Positions 23,633 through 34,511 of a DNA stretch of 64,000 nt are shown here, in pieces. A model generated the notes under the pieces. That model ran no database searches, was not told the origin of the DNA, and saw nothing but the letters and a program-made list of their open reading frames with translations. A program made the translations under genes and the position numbers. The first letter of the stretch is position 1. Each line of letters begins with the position of its first letter. The stretch is from Coniocarpon cinnabarinum (taxonomy: Eukaryota), in NCBI GenBank assembly GCA_051942205.1, contig JAVECO010000092.1, positions 1-64,000 of the forward strand, in the 5' to 3' direction.

Positions 23633-24607
23633 TGTCAGAGCCAGAGCTCAGCGAGCTACGATCAGGCGCGGCGCGTGGGCGTCCATCGACATCCAGTGCC
23701 TTCACCCCGGGTCGCAGCCGGCACGCCAGTTCTTCCACGACTTGCTCACGGCGGCCGTTGTGTCTCGCGACGACCGAGAGCTCAGAGTGGGCGGGATCCT
23801 GCCAAACATGCCGTGACTGAAGATGGTGATGCTGATGCTGAGGCCCAGGGCATTGTTCGAGCGAGAGCCAAAGAGTGAAGCGTGGACAGAATGCCCGCGA
23901 GAGATACGAGAGATACTGGTCGGTCAGGTAGGTTTAGGTTTCGACAGAGGGAAAGAAGGTTACGGGTGCGGTGGGTTGAAGAGAAGCGCCGGGTGCTCGG
24001 TTACGCGCACGCCCCGCCGGCGAAATCCTGAGAAGTTCGATGTCACCCTCGTCCATTGGCCAGTAGGAAGCTGGGCGGCGCTTCCGCCACTAGCGCCCCC
24101 GCCGCGTGCAGCCCAAACCAGGGTTCGGAGCAAGAGACAGACAGGGTTGCACTCCTCACCCGCCCCTTGGGCAGTCACCGTCTCGTCGCTCCCCCGCGCC
24201 GTCTCTCTCCTCCTGCCCGTGACACAACTCAGATTCGGCGACCCTGCTGCCCAAGTCCCCAACCTTGGAACGTCCCTCGCCTGCGCCCCACCACCCCCTC
24301 GGCTTCACCTGCGCCTCCTTACTCAACCACCGTCCCTGGCCCCTCTATTCTTCTCATAACGCGGCTGGTCGACTTAATAGCAGTCCGCGTCTGGTCCACT
24401 ACGCACTAGCGCCATCGCCATCCTTGGCAACGTTCGCCTCACTTTATGGCCTCGTCTGCAGGTGCTTCTTGTGTGGATTTCAAATCCTTGCGGCAGTAAT
24501 CTCTGTTCAAAAATGAGCTCCAGACAACACCCCGTGCCATTCGCCACCCGACAATCTCGACCTCGTCCCCATCGCGGCTAATCTCATGTCGGCAGATCAG
24601 CCTCCAC

Positions 24608-25981
24608 TTATTTCTTGGAAAAAAAGCTCATAATGTTTCCTTGCCCAGGCCTCCCACCTTTCTTGTTCTTATCATCCTTGGCCGTGGATTTCAAGGTGCT
24701 CGCGGACCCGCTGTCCTTCCTGGCGGGCGGCGGTGGTGCTTCATCTTCGGAGAATGACTCCCACACCGGCTCTTCACGCGTCACCATGTAGCCTTCGGTG
24801 TCTTTGAAATGCTTCTTCTTCATCACTCGTCTTCGCCCTTTGCGGCGACCTCCCCCGCTTGTCACCTCCTTGATCTCTCCTTCGACTACCTCTGACCTCG
24901 GCTCGGTGCTCTTGTTCGAGTCTGATTGCTGCTCTGCAGCAGCATCTTGCATCTCAGCATCGTCTTCTTCGTTGGGCTTGTCTTGTTCTTCGTCGTCATC
25001 CTCCATCATCTTCTGTAAGGTCGCTTCACGCTCCGCCTTAGCCTTTTTGTCCTCTTCAGCCTTTTGTTTGGCCTCCTTGCTGGTCTCGGGCACCGCAGCC
25101 AGCTCGCTCTCATCGTCTGATGGATCTGCCATGACTTCATCACCTTTGGATTCCTCCTTTGGTTGGGGAGGTTTTGCTTTAGCGAAGGATTTAAATAAAG
25201 TGGAGCTTTCACACCTTGGGACAGCTGGCTTTGATGACTTCTTCTCCTCCTTTCCACTGCCCTTGCCCGAGGACGATGGTCGGCTGCTGTCGTCTTTGGC
25301 GGCGGTAGGAGCTCCAGCTGCGGGCTTGGCAGCCTGCTTCATCCCGGCAGTCACGGGTACAGCAGGTGCAGGCGCCGGCTGTGGTGGTCGCGCACCCGTT
25401 CTACGCTTTGCTTGTGGGTTGTGAATAGTACCATACTGTTTCCACGTGTCAAGTGGATCCTCTTTCGCCTGCGCCTCTAGCACTCGTCGACTGCAATCTG
25501 ACAACAGTTGTAAATGCTCTAAAGTGCCTGGTTCAAGGCTGTACATGTGAATAGCATCGATGCGACTGTGCTGTTGCTTAACTGTATCGAGTTCTTCTTC
25601 ACGCACGATTGTCATAGAGATGGTAGAGACTTCTCGAGGTGGTGCACCCTGGCTCTGCACCGGTGGTGAACTTGCTGGTAATGAGCTACTGGGTCCAGGT
25701 GCAGAGCTTGGTGGTAACGAGTCTTGCATCTCTATATCGCCATTCTGCTCCGCGTGGATTCCGTTTGTCGTCGAATCATTTGGCTTCTGCGAACCACAGA
25801 TTAAATACGTTGCATGGACACTCCCGGGCTTTCTTCTGCTCTGTATGCGATAAAAGTCGTACAGCATTTGCTTAGCGACATTGACGTGGACCTTGAGTGC
25901 CCTGCTGACATTTCTGTAATTGATTACTTGCCCCTCGCTTAGTATCTGAGCCGCGAGATAGTCTTGATGTTTGACTGCCAT
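24608..25981 (-). CDS. POL32: DNA polymerase delta subunit 3 (Pol32/Cdc27)
   Basis: N-terminal SRALKVHVNVAKQMLYDF...HATYLI, DTEGYMVTREEPVWESFSE and C-terminal PIP box QGNIMSFF. Confidence 0.92.
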   Translation of the reverse strand: MAVKHQDYLAAQILSEGQVINYRNVSRALKVHVNVAKQMLYDFYRIQSRRKPGSVHATYLICGSQKPNDSTTNGIHAEQNGDIEMQDSLPPSSAPGPSSSLPASSPPVQSQGAPPREVSTISMTIVREEELDTVKQQHSRIDAIHMYSLEPGTLEHLQLLSDCSRRVLEAQAKEDPLDTWKQYGTIHNPQAKRRTGARPPQPAPAPAVPVTAGMKQAAKPAAGAPTAAKDDSSRPSSSGKGSGKEEKKSSKPAVPRCESSTLFKSFAKAKPPQPKEESKGDEVMADPSDDESELAAVPETSKEAKQKAEEDKKAKAEREATLQKMMEDDDEEQDKPNEEDDAEMQDAAAEQQSDSNKSTEPRSEVVEGEIKEVTSGGGRRKGRRRVMKKKHFKDTEGYMVTREEPVWESFSEDEAPPPPARKDSGSASTLKSTAKDDKNKKGGRPGQGNIMSFFSKK

Positions 25982-26166
25982 TGTCTTTGCGCTGTGTCTC
26001 TCAAGAAAGGTTGTGCAGCATGAATATCACTGAATCTTCCAGGTACGTGTTTCGCGTTGGCTGACTCCGACGTGAGGATTAGAAAGTGAATTGCCGGGCA
26101 GTTACTTCCGTAGAAGTTGTTGCTATCGTGCTTACCTAGTGCGTAGCATCCCAAAGAGGCACTGGC

Positions 26167-26192
26167 ACGCGTAAAGTGGAGGGGCGACGCGT
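26167..26192. promoter_or_regulatory. Two MCB (MluI cell-cycle box) elements in the POL32/RAD18 divergent promoter
   Basis: ACGCGT at 26167-26172 and 26187-26192, plus a variant TCGCGT near 26052, between two replication/repair genes. Confidence 0.6.
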
Positions 26193-26466
26193 CTTGCACC
26201 TTGCCGAACAAAGACTAGGTACCTACGGCAGCCTAGAGTGACGTCTTCCTCCTGCATCACTTTGCAGCACGCCAAACGTTCGTGACTGCATCCTGTATTG
26301 ATCAACATAGATCGCAGGTCAGAAACCCCCATCGATCGATCTCCCTGAAACAACCACATTGGGGCAACTGCTCCACCTGACCTCCACCATGCTTGCCTCG
26401 ACTCGAGCGCCTTGCGGATGCTCTCCATCCTAGACCGAGAATACCCGCTACCTTGACATCGTGACC

Positions 26467-28212
26467 ATGACCTCTAAGTATACTCAAGACGATATTACCG
26501 ATTCCTCTGAGTGGCAATCGTTGTCTCCGCCGCTGGCTGCGCTCGAAGTGCTTGATAATTCTTTGAGATGCGATATTTGCAAGGACTTTTACAACAGCGC
26601 TGTCATTACTACCTGCAGCCATACATTCTGCAGTCTCTGCATTAGAAGGTGTCTTGCTGCTGAAGGGCGATGTCCTAACTGTCGCGCGCCAGAACAAGAG
26701 AGCCGTCTCCGTAAGAATGGAGCAATCATGGAGGTCGTCGATGCTTTCGTCGGCGCAAGAAAGGGTCTTATAGACTCAGGAAAAAACATGAAGCACGCAG
26801 AGCAAGGATCTACGGCCAACACAGGCGAGGAGCAGGGCGCGCGCCGACGAGGGAAACGCAAACGAGCTGAGACTACTGTTGCCGAGGACGATGACCGTCC
26901 AGCGCGGCGCACACGCAGTCAGCGCAACGCGGCACCGTCACAATCCAACACTGCAGCACCAGACGAGCCCATGATAATCGAGTCGGACGACAATGGCGAT
27001 GCCGACTTTTCGCCCACATCAACCGCATCTTCTCCTTCTAAATCCCAACAACAACCGGACGACGGGCTCGTCGCATGTCCAGTCTGTTTCCAGCGCATGA
27101 AAGAAGCCGCTGTCTCTGCACACCTCGACAACGCTTGTCAAGGTTTCTCCTCTGCTCAGAACCAGCATCCAGCCCAGTATCCTACTCCAAAGCCGCAGAG
27201 AGCACCTGACAAACCACCTGAACGACTCCCACAAATATCCTATTCCTTATTCAACGATGCAAAACTTAAGAAAAAGCTGGCTGAGCTGGGGATCCCCACG
27301 TTCGGGTCGCGACAACTCCTTCAGCGGCGCCATTCAGAGTGGTTGGCGCTTTGGAACGCCAATTGTGACGCGAAGCATCCAAGAACTCGGCGACTGCTGC
27401 TGCAGGATTTGGACGCCTGGGAAAGAAGTCAAGGTGGACGCAGCGCTGGTGAGCCTGCCAAGAACGGAGTCATGCAGAAGGATTTCGACGGAGCAGCTTG
27501 GGCAAAGAAAAACAGGAATGATTTCGGTGATTTGATAAAGAAGGCCAGAGAGAACAAAAAGTCGAAGCCAGACAGTCGAGGAAGCGCAAGCAATGATCAG
27601 GAGCAGGACTCTGCTCAGCAAGATCAGGATCTTTTGGCCGCAAATGGAGACGTGGCATCGCCTCCCACGCAACGTGCTTTGACAGCTCCGCCTTTCACCG
27701 AAGTCAACTCACCGCCTAATCCCAAAGATCCTTCCCCGCATTCGAATGACAAAATCCTACCTTCTCTCAACAAAACAGCCTCACTCCCTGAGCCTCCAAG
27801 TCCGTCGACCACCGTCGTCGCCCATCGAAGCACCTCAAACGCACAACACAATTATCCACCGCCCCCAGCAACCCTCATGTTCACTAATAGCGTCTCCTCC
27901 GCCGAGAGTCGCCCCTCCACCGCAGCTACAGACCTCCCCGCCCCTGCAGTGCCGTTCCATGCACTACCAAGCATCGACGTCAGTCCCGTACGCAGCCGCC
28001 GCGACAGCCTCGTCAATGGCGACTCGAAGCTTGCAAGTCCCACGACTGGCGACTTCAGATCTCGACGAAGTAGCTTGATGAGTTCGAGCGCAGTGCCGGG
28101 GCTTGAGAGGAAGGATACGGGCAGTGGTGATCCTGGACCGGCGACGAAAGTTCCCATGTTTCAGGTGTCGAGTCGGCATTTGGTGGATGGAGATGGGACG
28201 GGGACCAAGTGA
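26467..28212 (+). CDS. RAD18: Post-replication-repair E3 ubiquitin ligase Rad18
   Basis: RING (CDICKDF..CSHTFCSLCIRRCL..CPNC), UBZ (CPVC..HLDNAC) and SAP-like LKKKLAELGIPTFGSRQLLQRRH..WNANCD. First ATG at 26467. Confidence 0.95.
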   Translation: MTSKYTQDDITDSSEWQSLSPPLAALEVLDNSLRCDICKDFYNSAVITTCSHTFCSLCIRRCLAAEGRCPNCRAPEQESRLRKNGAIMEVVDAFVGARKGLIDSGKNMKHAEQGSTANTGEEQGARRRGKRKRAETTVAEDDDRPARRTRSQRNAAPSQSNTAAPDEPMIIESDDNGDADFSPTSTASSPSKSQQQPDDGLVACPVCFQRMKEAAVSAHLDNACQGFSSAQNQHPAQYPTPKPQRAPDKPPERLPQISYSLFNDAKLKKKLAELGIPTFGSRQLLQRRHSEWLALWNANCDAKHPRTRRLLLQDLDAWERSQGGRSAGEPAKNGVMQKDFDGAAWAKKNRNDFGDLIKKARENKKSKPDSRGSASNDQEQDSAQQDQDLLAANGDVASPPTQRALTAPPFTEVNSPPNPKDPSPHSNDKILPSLNKTASLPEPPSPSTTVVAHRSTSNAQHNYPPPPATLMFTNSVSSAESRPSTAATDLPAPAVPFHALPSIDVSPVRSRRDSLVNGDSKLASPTTGDFRSRRSSLMSSSAVPGLERKDTGSGDPGPATKVPMFQVSSRHLVDGDGTGTK

Positions 28213-29235
28213 GCTGTTGCTGCTACAAATGTGTGGAAGCATGAAAAAGGGAGACCATTATGCCATGCAATCCTGGTAATGAATAGTGGAGGCCAGGGAA
28301 TAGAGGGGAGGAGGCAGTTGTGAATAAGCTAGAGAGCATGTACATCTGTATATATTTATGTACTACTCAGACGAAGCTATGCTCATGATTTCTAGATTGA
28401 ATTCTAGAGATGTGCATATTAGAAGCGCTGCAAGCTTCAGCGTGTTTTTCGATATCTCGGCGAAAATGATAAATTCAACGACTTGAATTTGTTTCGATAC
28501 TGGCACAACTTGTCACATGGTACTGCGTGGTAGCCCCATAGTGACCAACTTTCGAGGCCACCAATCGTAACTTAGCAGTCGGATGGGCTAGATTGTCCAG
28601 AATGCTTTTTTCTACTTCGCTTCACCGCTTCTTAGCCTTGTCCTCTTGCCTGTTGCATGACCTGGGGCCGTCACGGCTTCTGTGACCGCGGATGCGTGGC
28701 AGTCTTCCCGAAAGCATCTGTATTCGGGTGCGAGCATTGCTTGTTCAATCATTGCATGACACGCGTGTAAGCGCAAGCTCCAGGACCCGCTGGTGTGGCA
28801 TCCTCACAGTCGTGGTGCATGAATCGGCCGTTTCGCGATCAGACTAGCTCTGACGCTGCTGATCCTAACGCTTGGGTGCAAGGTTCGGCCTCCCCTCCTC
28901 GATTTCGTGTGTTTATGCGACGGATACAGACAGACTGTGTGATGTTGGCATGTCCTTGAACCGTGATAAGCTCAAGTTGCGACGCGGAACCCTGATCCCC
29001 ACCTAGCTGATTTGCTGCAGGCATGATGGTGAGAATGGTTCAGCTTTTTCTGGAGAGACCGATGCTTGCTCATTTGCACAACGTGAAGAGGGTCGCATAT
29101 CGCATGATACCCTTGCAGCCTAATGGATTCTCCCAACCCTGTGCTGGGAATCGTGTTGGCGATAAATCTCTACCGTTCGAATAGCGTCCTGGTAAGCTAT
29201 TTCGCAAGTCTTCGCGCGCTGTTAATTTAGCCTCT

Positions 29236-29643
29236 CTACCTTTCCCTACCAGACTCTTTCCGAATCACCACGTCTCTTCGCTCCTCTCTTGTATCATCGA
29301 ATCCAAGCCATCGTCCCAGGGTCCTTCGCGGCTTTGGAACAGGACATTCTCTGTCTTTCGTCGGCGGCGCGCCGAAACCACTGCCTTCCTCTGCTTGCTG
29401 CTGTATTTGCGATTGATCCGGTCTGAGTGGTTTGCGGTCGGCTGGCTTCTTGTATACACGCTTGTATACTTTTTGGCCATTGGCATCGGTGGTCTCGATG
29501 ACGGTCGTAGCATCTAAGTGGGCACGTGAAGGTACGGGACAAGGAAATAGATGTGGGAGCCCGACGACGAGGAAGGAAACTGCTAAAGTAGTAGTGAAAA
29601 GGGTGGTTGTATGGGCGGAACGAGGATGAAGGTTTGGTGGCAT
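29236..29643 (-). CDS. Small protein, cytochrome c oxidase assembly factor Coa2-like
   Basis: MPPNLHPRS..TLFTTTLAVSFLVVGLPHLFPCPVP and ECPVPKP motifs recalled from this conserved small fungal family. ATG at 29643. Confidence 0.55.
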   Translation of the reverse strand: MPPNLHPRSAHTTTLFTTTLAVSFLVVGLPHLFPCPVPSRAHLDATTVIETTDANGQKVYKRVYKKPADRKPLRPDQSQIQQQAEEGSGFGAPPTKDRECPVPKPRRTLGRWLGFDDTREERRDVVIRKESGRER

Positions 29644-30158
29644 GGTAATCGCACACTTGCAAAATACTGAATGATGGAGGGTCGCTTCTTGCAAAATCAA
29701 ACGAGCGTGATTGCGACCTTGGAGAAGATAGATGAAGCTTGAAGATCAGTCAAAAAGAAGGGTATTTCCATCTGTCAGCTGGAGGTATTCGAGACTTGGA
29801 CCCTGGAGAGATCTGACATTGAAGTTTCGTAGGGCTGAGGCAACGCGCTAGCTCGGAACGCGCCGAGTGAAGTCATCGTAGAATGCTGGATTTCGTCTGG
29901 TCGCTTTTCAAGAAGCACCTGGAACTTGATAATGCCAGTCCGCGTTGATGGAAGCATCTAACTTGAGAGTGTACTCTTCATGGCGAATTCTCAAGGCACA
30001 CCATCTTCGTTTAACGCTGCGGTCGTCGCCTAGCCAGTGATTGCATCCGCCACTGAAAGCACCCTCTGCCCTCATCGCCTTTTGGCAGCCACTTCGGATA
30101 CCAGCAGGGGCGCACTTGCCTTGCAGTCCACCACACGTCTTCTAGTACCGCCTCCACA

Positions 30159-31532
30159 ATGTCCGACCTCGACAGGTGGATCGGCCAGCTCCGCGACTGC
30201 AAACCCATCCCCGAATACTGTGTCCGCACCCTGACCTACAAAGCGCGCGAGCTCCTCCTCGAAGAACCCAACGTCGTTACCATACCCGCACCCGTTACAA
30301 TCTGCGGCGACATCCATGGCCAGTTTCATGACCTCATGGAGCTTTTTCGCGTTGGCGGTTCGCCTCCGGAGACAAATTATCTCTTCATGGGCGACTTTGT
30401 CGACCGCGGATTCTACTCGCTGGAAAGCTTCCTGCTCCTGCTCTGTCTCAAGGTGCGGTATCCGGATCGAGTAACGCTCATCAGAGGCAATCACGAGAGC
30501 AGGCAGATCACAACGGTCTACGGATTCTACGACGAGTGTTTGCGGAAATACGGCACTGCCAATGTATGGCGGTATTGCTGCGATATTTTCGACTATCTAG
30601 CGTTGGGCGCCGTCGTGGTGGGCGCCGCGACACAACTCGAGCCAACAAGAATACACGAGAATCAGCCGTTTGCTACGGAAACAGAGGGTCCTGACCCCAG
30701 TGAAGTCAGCATCGAAGAGGCAGAGCTCGAAGTGCTAAACAGCGACAACCAAGTCGTGCTCAGGTATCCCAGAAGCTATCGGGACGGTGGATCGAGTCCC
30801 GGCAGTCGCAAGGGCAGTCCCCTGAATGGTGATGACGGCCTAAGCAGCAGCCCTGTCAGATCACCCGGGACCGCCGATCCAGGAGGTCCACCAGGAAGCG
30901 GCGCCGCGGGTAACGGAGATTTCAGTGTGGACAGCACAGCAGGGGCCGTGTTTTGTGTGCATGGCGGCCTGTCACCCTTGATCGACACGCTGGATAAGAT
31001 CCGCCTCCTCGATCGGAAACAAGAGGTGCCGCATGAGGGCGCCATGTGCGATCTGCTGTGGAGCGATCCCGATGAGATAACATCTTGGGGGCTGAGCCCA
31101 CGCGGGGCAGGATACTTGTTCGGCGGGGACGTGGTCAAGCGCTTCAACCATATGAATGGACTCAGTCTGATAGCGAGGGCGCATCAGCTGGTCATGGAAG
31201 GATTCAAGGAGCAGTTCGACAGTCGTATCGTTACGGTATGGAGCGCGCCGAACTACTGCTATCGATGTGGCAACGTCGCTGCAATACTGGAGGTTGGTGC
31301 TGATGGGAGCAACGGCGGCTATGTCCCTGGCGCCGATGGAGGCATCCTGGGCCTGGGCGAGGCGCCATGGGAGACGAGAGATTCCGGAGAGGGCGGGCTT
31401 GGGGAGGCAAGGGAGACAATTCAACGGACCGGTGGACCTGGGCGTCGTTATCGCGTTTTTGAAGCAGCCCGTGCCGGGCATGACAACAGGGGTATGCCGG
31501 CGAAGAAACCTATGGCGGAGTATTTCTTATGA
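30159..31532 (+). CDS. PPH3: Ser/Thr protein phosphatase 4 catalytic subunit
   Basis: PPP motifs GDIHG, GDFVDRG, RGNHE, HGGLSP and SAPNY. Pph3-like [15 protein letters not shown] and C-terminal EYFL. Long low-complexity insert before FCVHGG. Confidence 0.85.
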   Translation: MSDLDRWIGQLRDCKPIPEYCVRTLTYKARELLLEEPNVVTIPAPVTICGDIHGQFHDLMELFRVGGSPPETNYLFMGDFVDRGFYSLESFLLLLCLKVRYPDRVTLIRGNHESRQITTVYGFYDECLRKYGTANVWRYCCDIFDYLALGAVVVGAATQLEPTRIHENQPFATETEGPDPSEVSIEEAELEVLNSDNQVVLRYPRSYRDGGSSPGSRKGSPLNGDDGLSSSPVRSPGTADPGGPPGSGAAGNGDFSVDSTAGAVFCVHGGLSPLIDTLDKIRLLDRKQEVPHEGAMCDLLWSDPDEITSWGLSPRGAGYLFGGDVVKRFNHMNGLSLIARAHQLVMEGFKEQFDSRIVTVWSAPNYCYRCGNVAAILEVGADGSNGGYVPGADGGILGLGEAPWETRDSGEGGLGEARETIQRTGGPGRRYRVFEAARAGHDNRGMPAKKPMAEYFL

Positions 31533-33479
31533 TTTATAGAGTGATGATCACGATGGATTTGTGCCTATGAAGAATACTGTATGATTGAGCCACAACATAG
31601 CGAGGCGTTCGGGGTGGTTGTTATGAACAAAGTGGGTGTGCTACAATAGGTAGTGGAGTTATTAAACGTTGTTCTTGTTCCGATTGTATCAAGCAACTGG
31701 AGTTTGCTCCCAGTGCCAGACTACCTACCAAGCCAATCGTTCGCTGACGATCGAGGCTGAGGTTGGTGGCGATAAATCATTTACAAGACTCTCATTTGGC
31801 TCGCTCCGCGGTGCTATCGCATACACCCTTGCCAGACCCATGGACATGACTCTTGTCATATCAAGTAGAGTGTATCCGCAGTGGACTTCTGGAAAAGAGT
31901 GGCCACCATGACGCTAGTTCAGTCTTCAAGGATGCGGGCGCGTCAGCGAAAGTGCCCTACTCCTGCAAGACCGTTGAGACTCGCGAGACTGCGAACTGCG
32001 TTGCTCAAAAGCCGATTACATGTTAAGTACACGAGGACACGTGTTTGTTTAGCTCATTTGCGGTCAAGTTTCGTACAATAGCGACGCAAATTGGATTTTC
32101 AATGCTACCACACCAGATCACTGTCTTAGCCTACGCTCTCATTCAATTGCGTCGGCAAATGGATTCGTGACTGCGGTTCTCAGACTCTGGAATTTGCCAA
32201 CTCGAAGCGATGATTATCAGCAAAAAGACGGGCTCTCTGGCTTCTACAGAGCTTCGAGAGGTCTTCTAGAGTCTACCTCGAAGGTGAAGAGTTTGTCGTG
32301 TGGGAATTTATGACCATTTTTGCAATCTAGACACAATCCTGTGAATTACTGTACATACTGTACATATTTCATTCTCCACAGGATCTGGGTTTGTAGCCAG
32401 TCTCTTCTTTCCTGGGCAGTTCCTCCATTTCTTCCTAAGCATTTCGGTCTGAAACACTGGGTTTTCCGTGGCTTCGGGGTTCGGGATGTGTTTGGCACTA
32501 CTTCTCACGCAGTAGTAGTCTGTTCGCTCAGGCTCTCAATATGGCAAAGAACTTAGTCACCCTAATGAATATAGGATGTTAATGCATTCGATGCAGCCTA
32601 GTAATTCGCGAGCTTAAGCATGATTGGCGCTACGCTCTCTGCGGCAGTAGTGTCCTAGTTCTCGCCACTCGTCACACGGCCCAGACAGCGAGCAACCAGG
32701 TATAGGCGAGCAGAAAGGAAGGCGCAATGAAGTGGCTAGGCAAGGATGAGGCTGCACGGCTGGTGGGGCTGGGGGTTGGCGCACAGACCACACCTAAAAT
32801 GCAAGTGGCTGGAGCAAGGTCACGTGCGCCTTCTACCATGCAGATTTGAGTATACACACAAATCTTTTCACGATGAAATAGTGCGCGTTATACGCGATCG
32901 AATATTCAACCAGTTGCCACCTGTCGTTTGTAATCACAAGTGTTTCAATTATTCCAAAGTCATTGCTGACCAAGCAGCGCGAATATCTGTTAGTGAAGCG
33001 TGGCTGGCTGCATCCCACCGGCTTTGCGCGCAGAAGTCACCAAGCAAATCCTTACCAAAGGCGCTTTCCCCTGTAGTGAACAATTCCTCGCAATAGCCTC
33101 ACTGAGCAATTGCTTGGCTTCGTGTAGTCGGAAGCCACGATGCAAATCAATGGCAACGGTTGCTGGGTAAGTTGTGAGGAAGAGGCTGGTGCCAGCCTCC
33201 AGTTTATCTTCATCCTGCCACCCCTGTCCATCGATCGCCACTTTGTCCATACAGCAGAACTGCCTTGGCACCATTATTTATTACCGTTGAGCGCATTCCT
33301 CTGCATTAGTTCTACAATCCAGTTCTTCCATTCTTCTCCAATCACAAAGATCATCTTCTCTCCGCTACACCAGAACCACTCAAGCAATACTTTGTGATTG
33401 TTTCACCTCCTTGTCTCACACCAACGCATTCTTACTCGGCCCATTATCTCATCCACCAGACCCACTTGAGATTCCGAAA

Positions 33480-34511
33480 ATGCACAGCAATCCCGTCCTG
33501 GCTCTGTTGGCCGTTGCTGGCTCTGTAGTCAATGCTCTGCCCCAAGGTGTCACCTCAGCAATCCCACCTCTAGCGCCGGCCCCGTCCGGTTGCACCGAAG
33601 ACTTTCCCTCATCTTTTGGCATTGCAGTCGTCACTTTGAGCCGATCATCAGGACGTGCGGGACCCTCAGTCGCCTCAGTCGCCACGCAGTCTCCCGATGG
33701 ACAAGTCGGCCCTGGCAAATCGACAGCCACCCCGGCACCTACACCAACGCCTGTGGCTCAGATCTCTGATGGCCAAATTCAACATCAGACCAAGGCTACC
33801 GCAGTTGCTCAAATCTCCGACGGTCAGATTCAACACCAGACCACGGCTGTTCCTGTGGCACAAATTTCAGATGGTCAGGTCCAGCATCAGACAAGCGTGC
33901 AGCCAGTTGCTCAGATCTCGGATGGTCAGATTCAGCACCAGACCACTGTCGCACCCATAACGCAGATCTCCGACGGACAGATTCAGGCAACCTACTCAAC
34001 GGTCACTGTGAAGAAGACCATCACCTCCGCTCAGGCCGCTAGCCAGATCAGCGACGGCCAGCCACAAATCCCCACCGGCAACGCGCAGCACACCTCCACG
34101 TCTACGTCTGTCTACAGCACTCTCGTGAGCTCCACCAAGGTCGCAGCTCGCTCAGCTGCTGCACCAGCACCCAGCGTCAGCCTCTCCGCGGTGGCGTGCA
34201 AGTCGCAATACGCATTGAGCCTTACTTTGAACAAGGGCGTGCTCCTCGATAACCAAGGCCGTACAGGCTACGTCGCCAGCAACTACCAATTCCAATTCGA
34301 CAAACCGGCGCAAGCAGGTGCTCTCTACACTTCCGGCTTCTCCGTCTGCCCTCAGAACAGCACCACGCAGAACACGCTTCTGGCTCTGGGTGGCAGCACC
34401 ACTTTCTATCAGTGCTTGAGTGGTGATTTCTACAACATCTACGACCGCGACTTTGGTGCTGGTCAGTGCTCGCCTGTGGCTCTCCAGGCTGTGCAGCTTC
34501 AGGATTGCTAG
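33480..34511 (+). CDS. PIR/Cis3-family covalently linked cell-wall protein
   Basis: Signal peptide, six QISDGQ repeats plus one QSPDGQ, and C-terminal GRTGYVASNYQFQFD...FYQCLSGDFYNIYD..C..C domain. ATG at 33480. Confidence 0.9.
   Translation: MHSNPVLALLAVAGSVVNALPQGVTSAIPPLAPAPSGCTEDFPSSFGIAVVTLSRSSGRAGPSVASVATQSPDGQVGPGKSTATPAPTPTPVAQISDGQIQHQTKATAVAQISDGQIQHQTTAVPVAQISDGQVQHQTSVQPVAQISDGQIQHQTTVAPITQISDGQIQATYSTVTVKKTITSAQAASQISDGQPQIPTGNAQHTSTSTSVYSTLVSSTKVAARSAAAPAPSVSLSAVACKSQYALSLTLNKGVLLDNQGRTGYVASNYQFQFDKPAQAGALYTSGFSVCPQNSTTQNTLLALGGSTTFYQCLSGDFYNIYDRDFGAGQCSPVALQAVQLQDC
33756..33990 (+). repeat. Coding minisatellite, ~5 x 51 bp (PIR repeats)
   Basis: Tandem 17-aa units of the type AQISDGQIQHQT..., with synonymous divergence between copies. 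Confidence 0.85.

Noticed and set aside
23823..24516. ORFs between nirA and POL32
   Set aside because: GC-rich promoter/UTR sequence giving chance ORFs with no protein-like features.
30159..31532. Assignment as PPG1, SIT4 or PP2A
   Set aside because: [15 protein letters not shown] and the overall motif pattern fit the Pph3/PP4 clade better. As I recall, the long insert is usual in filamentous-fungal PP4, so it is not flagged as novel.
33756..33990. Regularly spaced repeats resembling a CRISPR array
   Set aside because: They are in-frame PIR coding repeats with synonymous variation, in a eukaryotic gene; no cas genes.
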